A DNA stretch of 64,000 bases from Patescibacteria group bacterium (GCA_038065955.1 JBBTPY010000001.1:92061-156060), one strand, 5' to 3'. Shown: positions 11,745 to 21,294, numbered from the stretch's first letter. Program-made: numbers and translations. Notes: generated by a model not told the origin, from the sequence alone.

Positions 11745-12155
11745 TTATTTAGGTCTTTTTGCTCCATATTTGCTTCTTTCCTGTTTTCTTCCTTCAACGC
11801 CGGTGGCGTCCAAAACGCCGCGGACAATGTGATACCTTACGCCCGGCAAATCTTTAACTCTTCCGCCCCTTATCATAACCACCGAATGTTCCTGAAGAGA
11901 ATGACCAACGCCCGGAATATAAGCCGTCACTTCCGAGCCGTTTGACAATCTTACCCGCGCCACTTTTCGCAAAGCGGAATTCGGTTTTTTCGGCGTAGTG
12001 GTAAAAACTTTCAAACACACGCCGCGCTTAAAAGGCGAAGTTGAATAAACCGGTTTATTTCTGACCGTATTAAAATAAAAACCCATTGCCGGCGACTTGG
12101 ATTTTTTCGCCGTTTTCTTTCTTCCTTTTTTAATTAGTTGGGTGATTGTGGGCAT
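11745..12155 (-). CDS. rpsL: 30S ribosomal protein S12
   Basis: [17 protein letters not shown]...[13 protein letters not shown]. Confidence 0.99.
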   Translation of the reverse strand: MPTITQLIKKGRKKTAKKSKSPAMGFYFNTVRNKPVYSTSPFKRGVCLKVFTTTPKKPNSALRKVARVRLSNGSEVTAYIPGVGHSLQEHSVVMIRGGRVKDLPGVRYHIVRGVLDATGVEGRKQERSKYGAKRPK

Positions 12156-12241
12156 AAAAAAAACCTTATCGGTTTATGTCAAAGAATATCAAAATTATCC
12201 GCTATTTGTCAATGACTTCGCCAAAAAATTATTAAAAAAAT

Positions 12242-14563
12242 TTATTTTATTAATATCTTAACTTTCCCGATATTTTCTGAACCATAATCTTCCATTGAAC
12301 GCCCGATTATGCCTGAATGCCATTTCTCGGCTTTTTTACCGATTCCGTTATCGTCCAATTCTATATAATCCCCATGATTTATTATTCCTTTTACTTTTAC
12401 CGGAACTTGGCCCATTAGAGCAACCAATGTCCATTTTTCCGGATGTTTCCATCTTTCTTCTTCAATATCACCGTTATTGCCCGTAATTCCGGCAAAAGTG
12501 GAAATCGCCCCGACAATAAAATCGTCCCCTTTTTCGGCAATTTTTATTTTTCCGTTTTCTAGCGCGACAATTGTTCCTTTTTCAATAACTTCCTCATTTA
12601 AATTTTCAAAATACTCGGCATAATCCGCTCCACCGCCACCAAAAGCTCCGTCAGCTTGGCCGGTGCCTGTATCATTAAAGAAAAATTCACGGTCGCTAAA
12701 ATTACCGCTATACAAACTCAAAATTGAAGCGCTGGTCCCGGCAACCGACATATAAACTCCTTCTTGCCCAACACCGGTATTAGTATTGGAAAATCTCGCC
12801 ACAGGAAAAACATTATTTACAACTTCCAGTTTTGCCCCCGGCCCCGTCGTCCCGATGCCGACGTTGCCGGTTGATAAATCGCCGTAAATCACTCCTCCGA
12901 TATATAACTGATTATTCGCCGTGGCGGACGGAGCGTCTAAATTGTATCCGATAATTATATTGTTTGAGCCCGAGGTCACGGCGTCTCCGGCGGAATAACC
13001 AAGTAAAATATTATTTGAACCAGTTGTTAATAATCTACCGGCGTAAGAACCTAAAATAGTATTATTTGAAAATGAATTGCCGGATACCCCCCCCCATCCA
13101 GCCTGAATACCAACAACCACATTATCATTCCCAGTAGTGTTATAACTAAGAGCATTATTTCCTAATACAGAATTACCGCTGCCTGTTTGATTATAATAAA
13201 GCGTAGATCTGCCGAATGCCGCGTTATTTGCTCCGGTAGTATTGGATATCAATGTATTTTGTCCAAACGCGGAATTTTGATAGCCGGTAGAATTATTATT
13301 AAGCGCTCTGGAGCCAAACGCTGAATTACTATAACCAGTATTAGCGTAGAGCGCGTAACTACCAAAAGCGCTATTATCAGAAGCTGTGGTATTGGCAAAA
13401 AGAGCTCCATAGCCAAACGCGTTATTTTGTCCGCCGGTGGTGTTTGAATAAAGAGAATTTACTCCAACTGCATTATTCCAACCACCAGTAGTATTAGAAT
13501 AAAGAGCCCTATATCCTATCGCATTATTATTTACGCCGGTTAAATTGTTCTGAAGAGCGCCCATTCCCATCGCGTTATTCATATTGCCAGTGGTGTTTAA
13601 TTGAAGGGCGTTTATTCCTATCGCGTTATTGGAATAGCCGGTTGTGTTTGAATAACCGGTATCCATACCGATAAAAACATTGTATCTTCCGCCTCCGCTA
13701 GCAGAATTAACTCTTCCGGCATTATTGCCGATAAAAAGATTAGAAATATCATCGGAATGAATTGATATTAAATTAGTTCCGTCGGATTTTAAAAGTTTTA
13801 TTAAAGGATTGGTATTTGATTGAGTTGAATTAGCTCTTACGATAAATTGCGTTGCGTCGGAATTTCCGCTTATTTCCATTTTTGCCGATGGCGCCGTCGT
13901 CCCGATGCCGATATTGCCAGTAACAATTAAATCTCCGGAAAAAGCCGCATTACGCCAGCGAGTATTAGGAGAATAACCAAGGTCGTAAGTATTATCAGAA
14001 CCGGGCAAAAGCGGAGAATCAAAAGTGGCGGCGGAAACTCGAGCGATAGCCGACTGAAGCGCGCGCGTTATCCGAGAATTAGGATTAGTAGAATTATATG
14101 TAAGTTGAATATCTATGGAAACAGTATCATGCCCGGGATATTGACTAAATTTAGTAAAAAGAAGTTTATCTGCGATAATTTTATTATCAGTTAAATCGCT
14201 TATTCTTTGATAAGTACCCGTTCCTTCGGACATTTTAATAAGTTTTGACGGCTCGTCCAACCAAATAACAATAGGGTCCCTGTTGGCAGAAAGCCCGGCA
14301 GAATCTTTCATTCTTAATTTTAAAGTGGAAGTGGCGGTTGAAGTCGCCATTTCAATATTGGAAGATTCCCTGACCAAGCGGCCGATTGTCTGCATTACGA
14401 AATTAAGCTGACTCGTGGCTTCGGCGGAAGCCGATTCTTTTTGATTGACTTTCAAAACCATCGTTAAAATTCCGGTCATCAATCCGGCAACAATGGAAAA
14501 AATCGCCACATATATAAGAAGCTCTATAAGAGAAAAAGCGTTTTGTTTTGATTTAAAATTCAT
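12242..14563 (-). CDS. Prepilin-type N-terminus fused to adhesin/fibre repeats and a C-terminal intramolecular-chaperone-like domain
   Basis: MNFKSKQNA|FSLIELLIYVAIFS; GNIGIGTT/GNVGIGTT motifs; many 14-aa N(N/S)A(F/I)GxxALxxNTTG repeats; GADYAEYF...GQVPVKV. Confidence 0.8.
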   Translation of the reverse strand: MNFKSKQNAFSLIELLIYVAIFSIVAGLMTGILTMVLKVNQKESASAEATSQLNFVMQTIGRLVRESSNIEMATSTATSTLKLRMKDSAGLSANRDPIVIWLDEPSKLIKMSEGTGTYQRISDLTDNKIIADKLLFTKFSQYPGHDTVSIDIQLTYNSTNPNSRITRALQSAIARVSAATFDSPLLPGSDNTYDLGYSPNTRWRNAAFSGDLIVTGNIGIGTTAPSAKMEISGNSDATQFIVRANSTQSNTNPLIKLLKSDGTNLISIHSDDISNLFIGNNAGRVNSASGGGRYNVFIGMDTGYSNTTGYSNNAIGINALQLNTTGNMNNAMGMGALQNNLTGVNNNAIGYRALYSNTTGGWNNAVGVNSLYSNTTGGQNNAFGYGALFANTTASDNSAFGSYALYANTGYSNSAFGSRALNNNSTGYQNSAFGQNTLISNTTGANNAAFGRSTLYYNQTGSGNSVLGNNALSYNTTGNDNVVVGIQAGWGGVSGNSFSNNTILGSYAGRLLTTGSNNILLGYSAGDAVTSGSNNIIIGYNLDAPSATANNQLYIGGVIYGDLSTGNVGIGTTGPGAKLEVVNNVFPVARFSNTNTGVGQEGVYMSVAGTSASILSLYSGNFSDREFFFNDTGTGQADGAFGGGGADYAEYFENLNEEVIEKGTIVALENGKIKIAEKGDDFIVGAISTFAGITGNNGDIEEERWKHPEKWTLVALMGQVPVKVKGIINHGDYIELDDNGIGKKAEKWHSGIIGRSMEDYGSENIGKVKILIK

Positions 14564-14603
14564 ATTTTCTTTACCAACTATATTAGAGTATACGATAATT
14601 TTA

Positions 14604-15224
14604 TTAAAAAAGAAAACTGCCGGCGATAATCCGAAAAACAAAATTGGCCAATGGCGGTAAAAAATAAAAAGCCAGAATCAAAGCGATAAAAATTCCGAAA
14701 AACCCCGCTCGCTCCACAAAATAACGACTGCGGGGAAATAAATCCATAATCACTTTTGAGCCATCCAATGGCGGCAAAGGAATAAGATTAAACAAGGCCA
14801 GAACAATATTAATATAAATAATCAGCGCCACTAACTCCAAAAAAACAGGCTGACCGGCAAAAATTGCCAAAGAGCCGGAAAATCTTAAAATCAAACCCAT
14901 GATCAAAGCGATAAATAAATTCGCCGCCGGCCCGGCAAGCCCGACTTTCAGCGAACCGTATTTTTGGTCTCTTAAATTGTAAGGATTATACGGCACCGGC
15001 TTCGCCCAGCCGATAAAAATGCCGGAGGTAAAAAGCAGAAAAAGCGGAATGGCGACCGTGCCCATTAAATCCAGATGCGCCAAAGGATTTAAAGTCAGAC
15101 GGCCGGCGTCTTTGGCCGTGGAGTCGCCCAAGCGATAAGCCATAAATCCGTGAGCGTATTCGTGAAAAACGGCGGAAAGAACGATAATTAAATATAAAAA
15201 AAGTTTTAATGAAATAACATCCAT
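14604..15224 (-). CDS. Site-2 protease (M50 family)
   Basis: HEYAHG, GWAKPVP, NLIPLPPLDG. Confidence 0.93.
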   Translation of the reverse strand: MDVISLKLFLYLIIVLSAVFHEYAHGFMAYRLGDSTAKDAGRLTLNPLAHLDLMGTVAIPLFLLFTSGIFIGWAKPVPYNPYNLRDQKYGSLKVGLAGPAANLFIALIMGLILRFSGSLAIFAGQPVFLELVALIIYINIVLALFNLIPLPPLDGSKVIMDLFPRSRYFVERAGFFGIFIALILAFYFLPPLANFVFRIIAGSFLF

Positions 15225-15288
15225 AAATTTAAATTTTATAAAAACTCTTGACACTAAACGCTAAATATTAAATACTAAATACTAATTT

Positions 15289-15495
15289 ATGCGAAAATGC
15301 GAATCATGCGGCAAAGGGTCAATTCTTCGCGGCGGACGAAAGAAGCTCCGCGGTAAGTATAACCCAACGCCAAAAAAAAGAAAATATCCGAATCTTCAAA
15401 AAAGCCGCCTTCAAGACGGCGCGCGGGCTTTAATTTGCGTGAAATGCATCAGAAACATTTCAAGAACGCAGAGCATAAAAACCAGCGGCGCGTAG
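15289..15495 (+). CDS. rpmB: 50S ribosomal protein L28
   Basis: MRKCESCGK...KRKYPNLQ...ICVKCIR. Confidence 0.88.
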   Translation: MRKCESCGKGSILRGGRKKLRGKYNPTPKKRKYPNLQKSRLQDGARALICVKCIRNISRTQSIKTSGA

Positions 15496-15547
15496 CTGCT
15501 GATTTTTATTTGGTTGGACTAACCGGTATTCGCCCAGCGCTTTTTTG

Positions 15548-15618
15548 TCGGGCCAGGGCGAATCGAACGCCCACTATACCCACCCCAAGGGTACGGACTA
15601 CCACTATCCGATGGCCCG
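15548..15618 (-). tRNA. tRNA-Pro(GGG)
   Basis: CGGGCCA/TGGCCCG; TACCC-TTGGGGT-GGGTA. Confidence 0.92.
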
Positions 15619-15826
15619 CTCGCTAAAAAAGTCCGCTTAAGCGAACCTTTTTAGCGAGCCCCAGCTGTTGGATTAACCCCGGCTAATACCAAGTGGGAAA
15701 ACTCAATCACAACCCTAAAGCTGTGATACTTTTGTTCTTCCTTTTAAAAATATTTGATCCGGTAATCACAGCTAAGACTCAACTATATTATAACGCCATT
15801 AAAAAATAAATACAAGGCAAGATAAA

Positions 15827-17998
15827 TTATTCCAGATGAATTTCTTCTTTAAAACGCTCAAGGCGCGCTTTAATTAACGGATAATTTTTAAGCAGAGGGT
15901 CTTTTTCAAATATTGTTTCCGCGGCCCGGCGGCTGTCTTTGACCAAATCCGGATTTTGAACAGCTTTCATCGCCAAATCAGGAATGCCGGCCTGCGTTTC
16001 GCCCAAGAATTCTCCCGGTCCGCGAATCGCCAAATCTTTTTCGGCAAGCTCAAAACCGTTTTTCGCCTCCAATAAAGAACGCAGTCTTTTGCGGGTTGTT
16101 TGCGAAGAAGAATCCGTAAAAAGAAAACAAAATGATTGGTGTTCTCCCCTGCCAACGCGGCCGCGAAACTGATAAAGCTGAGCCAATCCGAATCTGTCAC
16201 TGCCTTCAATAAACATAATCGTCGCGTTCGGCACGTCAACGCCAACTTCCACCACTGAAGTTGAGACCAAAATATCAATTCCGCCGTCTTTGAATTTTTT
16301 CATTATTTCCGTTTTTTCTTTGGCCTTTATTTTACCGTGAAGCATCACGACTTTTAAATCTGGAAAGATTTTTTGCGATAGTTTTTCATATTCCTCTTTG
16401 ACCGCTTTGACTTCAAGCCACATTCGCCTGCGAAAATCAATCTGTAAAGTTTCATCATTTTCAACTCCGGTTTCATTTACCGGCGCGGATTCTATTCTTG
16501 GACAAATCACAAAAACTTGCCGTCCTTTTTTAATCTGGTCGCGAATAAATTCATACGCTTTATTTCTGTCCGTCGGCGCCACAATTTTCGTAATTATTTC
16601 TTTTCTATTTTTCGGCAATTCATCAATAATGGATAAATCCAAATCGCCAAAAATAGTCAAAGAAAGCGTGCGCGGAATCGGCGTCGCCGACATACTTAAA
16701 AAGTGCGGAATTAATTCATTATTTTTAAGCAATTCAGCCCGCTGACGAACGCCGAAGCGATGCTGTTCGTCAATCACCGCAAAAACTAAATTATTGAATT
16801 TTACGTATTTTTGAATAAGCGAATGAGTGCCGAATACGATTTTTATTTTGCCGCTTGATATTTCTCTGACAATTTCGCTTTTTTTAACGTCGCTTTCCAA
16901 ATCGTCGCCGTAAAAAACTTTTGCGACCGAAGAAGTGATGATACCGACGCCTCCGTTAAAATCGGAAAAGAAAATCTTGAAAGTATTATAATGCTGTTGC
17001 GCCAATATTTCGGTCGGCGCCATAAAAGCGACTTGCCCGCCGGTAGGCATGGTCCGCCCATTATTTTTAACCGCGGATAAAGCGGCGAGAATTGCCACAA
17101 TTGTTTTACCCGAACCGACGTCGCCCTGCAATAATCTGTTCATCGGATGAGACTTTTTCAAATCCTGAATAATTTCCCATAATGATTTTTTCTGGGAATG
17201 CGTCAATTCAAACGGAAGTTTTTTAAATAATTCTTTTATTTCTTCCAAATCAATTTCAACGGCATGCGCTTTTTCTTCCGCCAAACGCGCGCGCTGGCGA
17301 ATATTAACCAGCTGCAAGAAAAACAAACTTTCAAAAGAGAAGCGTTTTTTAGCGTTAACCGCCTCTGAAATATTCTCGGGAAAATGAATCGCCTGAAGGC
17401 TGGTTTTTAAATCGGTAAAATTAAATGATTTTAAAATTTCTTCGGGCAAAAAATCTTCCAAAAAACCAATCTCTTTCAAGAGCGGCTGAATCAAAAACCG
17501 AAACATTTTTGAAGTAAGGCCTTTTGTTTCCGGATACACCGGCACGATTCTGCCGGTATGTTTTAATTCACTTGTATCTTTTTTCAAAGATGTAATTATT
17601 TCATGAATCGGATGCGAAAGCGCCAAGCCATTTTGCGATTCAACTACCTTTCCGGCCAAATTAACGATTATCCCTTTTTTAATTACTGTTATTAAAAATC
17701 TCTGATTAAACCAAACCGCGCGAATAGAACCGCTGTCGTCTTTCACTAAGGCCTCAATAATAAACATTCTCTTTTTCCATGTTTTCCACATCTTCACCGA
17801 AACGATTTCGCCGCGAATTACGGCGCGCTGTCCGATTTTTAAATCGCCGATTTTAGAGATATTTGAAAAATCTTCATAGCGAAAAGGAAAATGCCAAAGC
17901 AAATCCTTGATGGTTTCTATTTTAATTTTTTTCAAACGCTCAAGAGTTTTCGCTCTGGCTCCTTTTAATTGAGAAAGAGGAGTTGATAATTCAATCAT
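15827..17998 (-). CDS. recG: ATP-dependent DNA helicase RecG (start moved to 17998 to avoid the tRNA)
   Basis: MNRLLQGDVGSGKT, DEQHRFGVRQR, SATPIPRT, QFRGRVGRG. Confidence 0.97.
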   Translation of the reverse strand: MIELSTPLSQLKGARAKTLERLKKIKIETIKDLLWHFPFRYEDFSNISKIGDLKIGQRAVIRGEIVSVKMWKTWKKRMFIIEALVKDDSGSIRAVWFNQRFLITVIKKGIIVNLAGKVVESQNGLALSHPIHEIITSLKKDTSELKHTGRIVPVYPETKGLTSKMFRFLIQPLLKEIGFLEDFLPEEILKSFNFTDLKTSLQAIHFPENISEAVNAKKRFSFESLFFLQLVNIRQRARLAEEKAHAVEIDLEEIKELFKKLPFELTHSQKKSLWEIIQDLKKSHPMNRLLQGDVGSGKTIVAILAALSAVKNNGRTMPTGGQVAFMAPTEILAQQHYNTFKIFFSDFNGGVGIITSSVAKVFYGDDLESDVKKSEIVREISSGKIKIVFGTHSLIQKYVKFNNLVFAVIDEQHRFGVRQRAELLKNNELIPHFLSMSATPIPRTLSLTIFGDLDLSIIDELPKNRKEIITKIVAPTDRNKAYEFIRDQIKKGRQVFVICPRIESAPVNETGVENDETLQIDFRRRMWLEVKAVKEEYEKLSQKIFPDLKVVMLHGKIKAKEKTEIMKKFKDGGIDILVSTSVVEVGVDVPNATIMFIEGSDRFGLAQLYQFRGRVGRGEHQSFCFLFTDSSSQTTRKRLRSLLEAKNGFELAEKDLAIRGPGEFLGETQAGIPDLAMKAVQNPDLVKDSRRAAETIFEKDPLLKNYPLIKARLERFKEEIHLE

Positions 17999-18005
17999 TT
18001 TTATG

Positions 18006-18077
18006 CGTCCCCACAAGGAATCGAACCTTGATCTTGAGTTCCGCAAACTCACACTCTATCCATTGAGCTATGGGGAC
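18006..18077 (-). tRNA. tRNA-Arg(GCG)
   Basis: GTCCCCA/TGGGGAC; TGAGT-TTGCGGA-ACTCA. Confidence 0.92.
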
Positions 18078-18082
18078 ATTTT

Positions 18083-18601
18083 CTAAAATCTTATCAATTT
18101 TAACAAAACATCGCTCATTGAAATTTTAATCTCCTCTCGCGGCAAAAATTTCAAAAGCGATTCGCTGATTTTTAATTCATCTTCGGCGAAAATATTAATC
18201 TTTAAATACGGCGCAAATTTTGATTTAAGCCTTAAAACCAATTCTTTATATTCCTCGTTAACCGGATGAATGTCAAAACAGTCAATTTCTTTAAATGAAT
18301 AAAACTTTTCGTCCGCTTTCTTGCCGGCTTCCCCGTCGGGAAATTTAATTAATATGCCGTCACCGTCTATCTTAAATTCCCAAACAGCCGGAAAACGATT
18401 AGCGAAAGAAAATACCACCGCTTCGGCAATTACCACAAAAATCGCAAATAAAAAATTCTTCTGCCATAAAGCCAGTATCAATAAAATTGCGGCAATAATC
18501 AAGCTCAGCCAATACCAAGAAACATCCTTGACGGTATATTCAAATTCCGGCGCCCGCCAGACGAACGGCTCAACTTGTTTTTTAATATTTTTATTCGCCA
18601 T
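18083..18601 (-). CDS. Hypothetical membrane protein (2 TM plus soluble domain)
   Basis: WRAPEFEY...WYW followed by a hydrophobic hairpin; clean ORF between two tRNAs. Confidence 0.75.
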   Translation of the reverse strand: MANKNIKKQVEPFVWRAPEFEYTVKDVSWYWLSLIIAAILLILALWQKNFLFAIFVVIAEAVVFSFANRFPAVWEFKIDGDGILIKFPDGEAGKKADEKFYSFKEIDCFDIHPVNEEYKELVLRLKSKFAPYLKINIFAEDELKISESLLKFLPREEIKISMSDVLLKLIRF

Positions 18602-18602
18602 G

Positions 18603-18684
18603 CGGAGGGTAGAGGAGTCGAACCTCTAAGGGCTTGCGCCCGCCGCTTTTCAAGAGCGGTGCCATGCCATTAGGCGAACCCTCC
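18603..18684 (-). tRNA. tRNA-Ser(TGA)
   Basis: GGAGGGT/ACCCTCC; CCGCT-CTTGAAA-AGCGG; long variable arm. Confidence 0.94.
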
Positions 18685-18738
18685 ATACTAATATTAATGT
18701 ATATTATATAATAATTTTTCGAAAATTGGCAAAAAAAA

Positions 18739-18768
18739 TATGGGGAAGCAGATATCTGCTTCCCCATA
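18739..18768. repeat. 30-bp perfect palindrome (possible terminator)
   Basis: TATGGGGAAGCAGAT|ATCTGCTTCCCCATA. Confidence 0.8.
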
Positions 18769-18889
18769 GAGAGGAGGAATGAAGGAATGGATAACCTTCA
18801 TTACTTTGGGGGGCTCTCGAGCCCACAAGCGTAAATCTCGAGAAAGCTTTACTTACGCTTATGGGGGTTAGCCACCCCACAAAGATTCA

Positions 18890-19117
18890 TTATCGTAAAA
18901 GTTCATTTTTACAATTACGATTTGCCTTAAGGCATGAAAACTTAGGTTTTGATTTGCAATCCTTTCTTTCAAGACCGCACTCCCCAATTTTGTTTATGTT
19001 TTTGATTTTTTGCTGAATCATAGTTGCTGTCGCGGCTATAAAAACGAGCTCTTTTCCATCACAAAATCCACTACGAATTCCCTCATTTATAAAATTAGCC
19101 ATATTGTTAAAATCCAT
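18890..19117 (-). CDS. Small Cys-rich hypothetical protein
   Basis: 75-aa ORF with SD AAAGGAGA; no recognisable family. Confidence 0.5.
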   Translation of the reverse strand: MDFNNMANFINEGIRSGFCDGKELVFIAATATMIQQKIKNINKIGECGLERKDCKSKPKFSCLKANRNCKNELLR

Positions 19118-19302
19118 AACAGTCTCCTTTCAGATACAAAAACAAAAAAGGTTATTAAAGAAAAAACTATTCCCTCCTCAATTTAGTTAAGCAAATCCAT
19201 TCATCCATTCATATTTATCACCGCCTCCTTCCTTTTAAAATTATTTAAATGACCTATTAATATATTAGGCAGATTTTCGAAAAAGTCAACCCCTATCAAT
19301 TT

Positions 19303-19374
19303 TGGACCCGAGCGGGATCGAACCGCTGATCTCCTCATTGCAAATGAGGCATTCTACCACTGAACTACGGGCCC
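19303..19374 (-). tRNA. tRNA-Ala(TGC)
   Basis: GGGCCCG/CGGGTCC with G3:U70; CCTCA-TTTGCAA-TGAGG. Confidence 0.95.
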
Positions 19375-19382
19375 GATTATTT

Positions 19383-19589
19383 TGGACTCGGCGAGAACCC
19401 AGCACAACAGCAAAACTGTGTGTACGGGGCGCGTTGAACTCGTGTCTCCATCCATCACCATTCTGGTGGACCCACCGGGAATTGAACCCGAACCTCGGCA
19501 ATGCGAATGCCGCGTAATGCCGTTTTACTATGGGCCCACCGCAAAGGTGAAGGACGAATGCGACGTATTGCCAACTATACTACAAGCCC
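19383..19589 (-). pseudogene. Split outer tRNA-Ala frame enclosing a complete tRNA-Ala(CGC)
   Basis: 5' half GGGCTTG-TA-GTAT-AGTTGGCA-ATAC-GTCGCATTCG (19589-19555) pairs with 3' half ...GAGACACGAGTTCAA[insert]CTCGCCGAGTCCA (19448-19383), with G3:U70. Confidence 0.7.
19464..19537 (-). tRNA. tRNA-Ala(CGC), CCA encoded
   Basis: GGGCCCA/TGGGTCC; CGGCA-TTCGCAT-TGCCG. Confidence 0.93.
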
Positions 19590-19602
19590 GTTTATCGCTT
19601 TG

Positions 19603-19673
19603 TCGGGCCGCCGAGAATCGAACTCGGTCTCTACGCACCCGAAGCGCATGTACTACCGGTATACTACGGCCCG
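19603..19673 (-). tRNA. tRNA-Pro(CGG)
   Basis: CGGGCCG/CGGCCCG; TGCGC-TTCGGGT-GCGTA. Confidence 0.93.
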
Positions 19674-19713
19674 ACAAAGCGATGAACCCCGAAGCGCTCA
19701 CACTACGCCCGAT

Positions 19714-21294
19714 TTACTTCACATAATACTTCTTTTTTATCTCTGCTTCAATCCCCCCTTCAAATTCTTCCTTCTTTTCACGGCTAATTCTTGCCGATTT
19801 TTCAAGTTCAGCGTCCGATAATTTCCCTAAACTTTTAATTCTAAATTCCAAATTCTCTTTCGTGTTTTTTTCGGGATTTTCAATAACTTCATCCAGTAAA
19901 ACGGACAAAATCCAACCGATACGCGGACCCGGCGCAATGCCTAAAATTTTCATCACGTCTTCGCCGTTGACTTTCAGCATTTTCGGCGAAATCGGGTCTT
20001 GTTTCACTTTTTCAATCATAAAAAGCAGATGTCTTAATTTATAAGGCACGGCTTTCGGCACGCCGGAACCGATTCTATCCGCTTCGCGAATCTTGATTAA
20101 ATCGTTAACGTTTTCCGGGCCCACGCGGGCCAAAAATCTACGAACTCCGGCTTCCGTCACTTCGCCGACATTGTAATAAAAAAGGTGGCAACGGACCAAA
20201 TGAACGACTTTCTCCGCAATTTCTTTCGAAAAACGCAATCTATCCATCGCGGCCGCCGTTATTTTCGCGCCGACAACCTCGTGATTGTAAAAAGTGCAAT
20301 CAGGTCCTTCGCCGGCTTTAGTCCGAGGCTTACCGATATCGTGGAACAAAGCGGCTAAGCGAATCTCCAAAGAATAATTTTTCTTGACGGCGTAATCCAA
20401 AGCGCGCAAATTATGCTCCCAAATCGTGTAAATATGGTGCTTATTCTGGCCATTGCCTATTCCCTCGCGCAAATCCGGCATAATGTATTTCAACAAACCC
20501 GCCTCTTCAAGCAATTCAACTCCATTTTTCGCCGACGGCGTCATTATTATTTTTATAAACTCATCGCAAATCCTTTCTTTGGCTATCATTTCAAGCAACC
20601 CGGCTTCTTTTTTAATCGCTTCCATCGTTTTTTCTTCAATCGCAAAATTAAGCTGAACCGCGAATCTCACCCCCCGCATCAGCCGCAAAGCGTCCTCGTT
20701 AAAACGCTTTTCGGAATTCCCGACGGTGCGAATTATTCTATTTTTTAAATCTTCCTGTCCATTATAAGTATCAATAATTTTGAATTTTGAATTGTAATTT
20801 TGATTTTTGATTTTTGATTTTTGAATTTCTATTGCCATGGCATTTATAGTAAAATCCCGCCTGCTTAAATCTTCTTCAATAGTCTTGGCGAATTTAATCT
20901 CATCCGGATGCCTTTTATCCGTATATTTGCCCTCTAATCTGAATGTTGTTATTTCAACGACATTCAGCGCAGAACTACGCTGACTTGACGCTGAATTACG
21001 CTGAATTTCTTCTGCGTCTTTCTGCTTACCATCTGTGAGAGTCTGCGGTTTTAGTTTCACTAAAACAGTACCGAATTTATTTTCATAAACGGTGTCGGCA
21101 AAAATTTTCTGGATTTCTTCCGGTTTTGCGTTTGTGGCGACATCCCAATCTTTTGGTTCGCGATTCATTAAAATATCCCTTACGCACCCCCCGACAAGAT
21201 ATGCCTGAAAATTCGCTTTTTGTAATTTTTCAGATATATTTATAACTTCTTCGGGGATACTCGTCCTGAATTTTATTGAAGGATTGAAACTCAT
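19714..21294 (-). CDS. CCA-adding enzyme / poly(A) polymerase family with HD domain
   Basis: LVGGCVRD, DWDVAT, RRDFTINAMA, EDALRLMR, LFHDIGKP. Confidence 0.93.
   Translation of the reverse strand: MSFNPSIKFRTSIPEEVINISEKLQKANFQAYLVGGCVRDILMNREPKDWDVATNAKPEEIQKIFADTVYENKFGTVLVKLKPQTLTDGKQKDAEEIQRNSASSQRSSALNVVEITTFRLEGKYTDKRHPDEIKFAKTIEEDLSRRDFTINAMAIEIQKSKIKNQNYNSKFKIIDTYNGQEDLKNRIIRTVGNSEKRFNEDALRLMRGVRFAVQLNFAIEEKTMEAIKKEAGLLEMIAKERICDEFIKIIMTPSAKNGVELLEEAGLLKYIMPDLREGIGNGQNKHHIYTIWEHNLRALDYAVKKNYSLEIRLAALFHDIGKPRTKAGEGPDCTFYNHEVVGAKITAAAMDRLRFSKEIAEKVVHLVRCHLFYYNVGEVTEAGVRRFLARVGPENVNDLIKIREADRIGSGVPKAVPYKLRHLLFMIEKVKQDPISPKMLKVNGEDVMKILGIAPGPRIGWILSVLLDEVIENPEKNTKENLEFRIKSLGKLSDAELEKSARISREKKEEFEGGIEAEIKKKYYVK

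Noticed and set aside
17999-18052. N-terminal extension of recG in the ORF track
   Set aside because: It overlaps tRNA-Arg(GCG); ATG 17998 matches the usual RecG start.
19286-19821. Four short ORFs over the tRNA cluster
   Set aside because: Shadow frames of GC-rich tRNA sequence.
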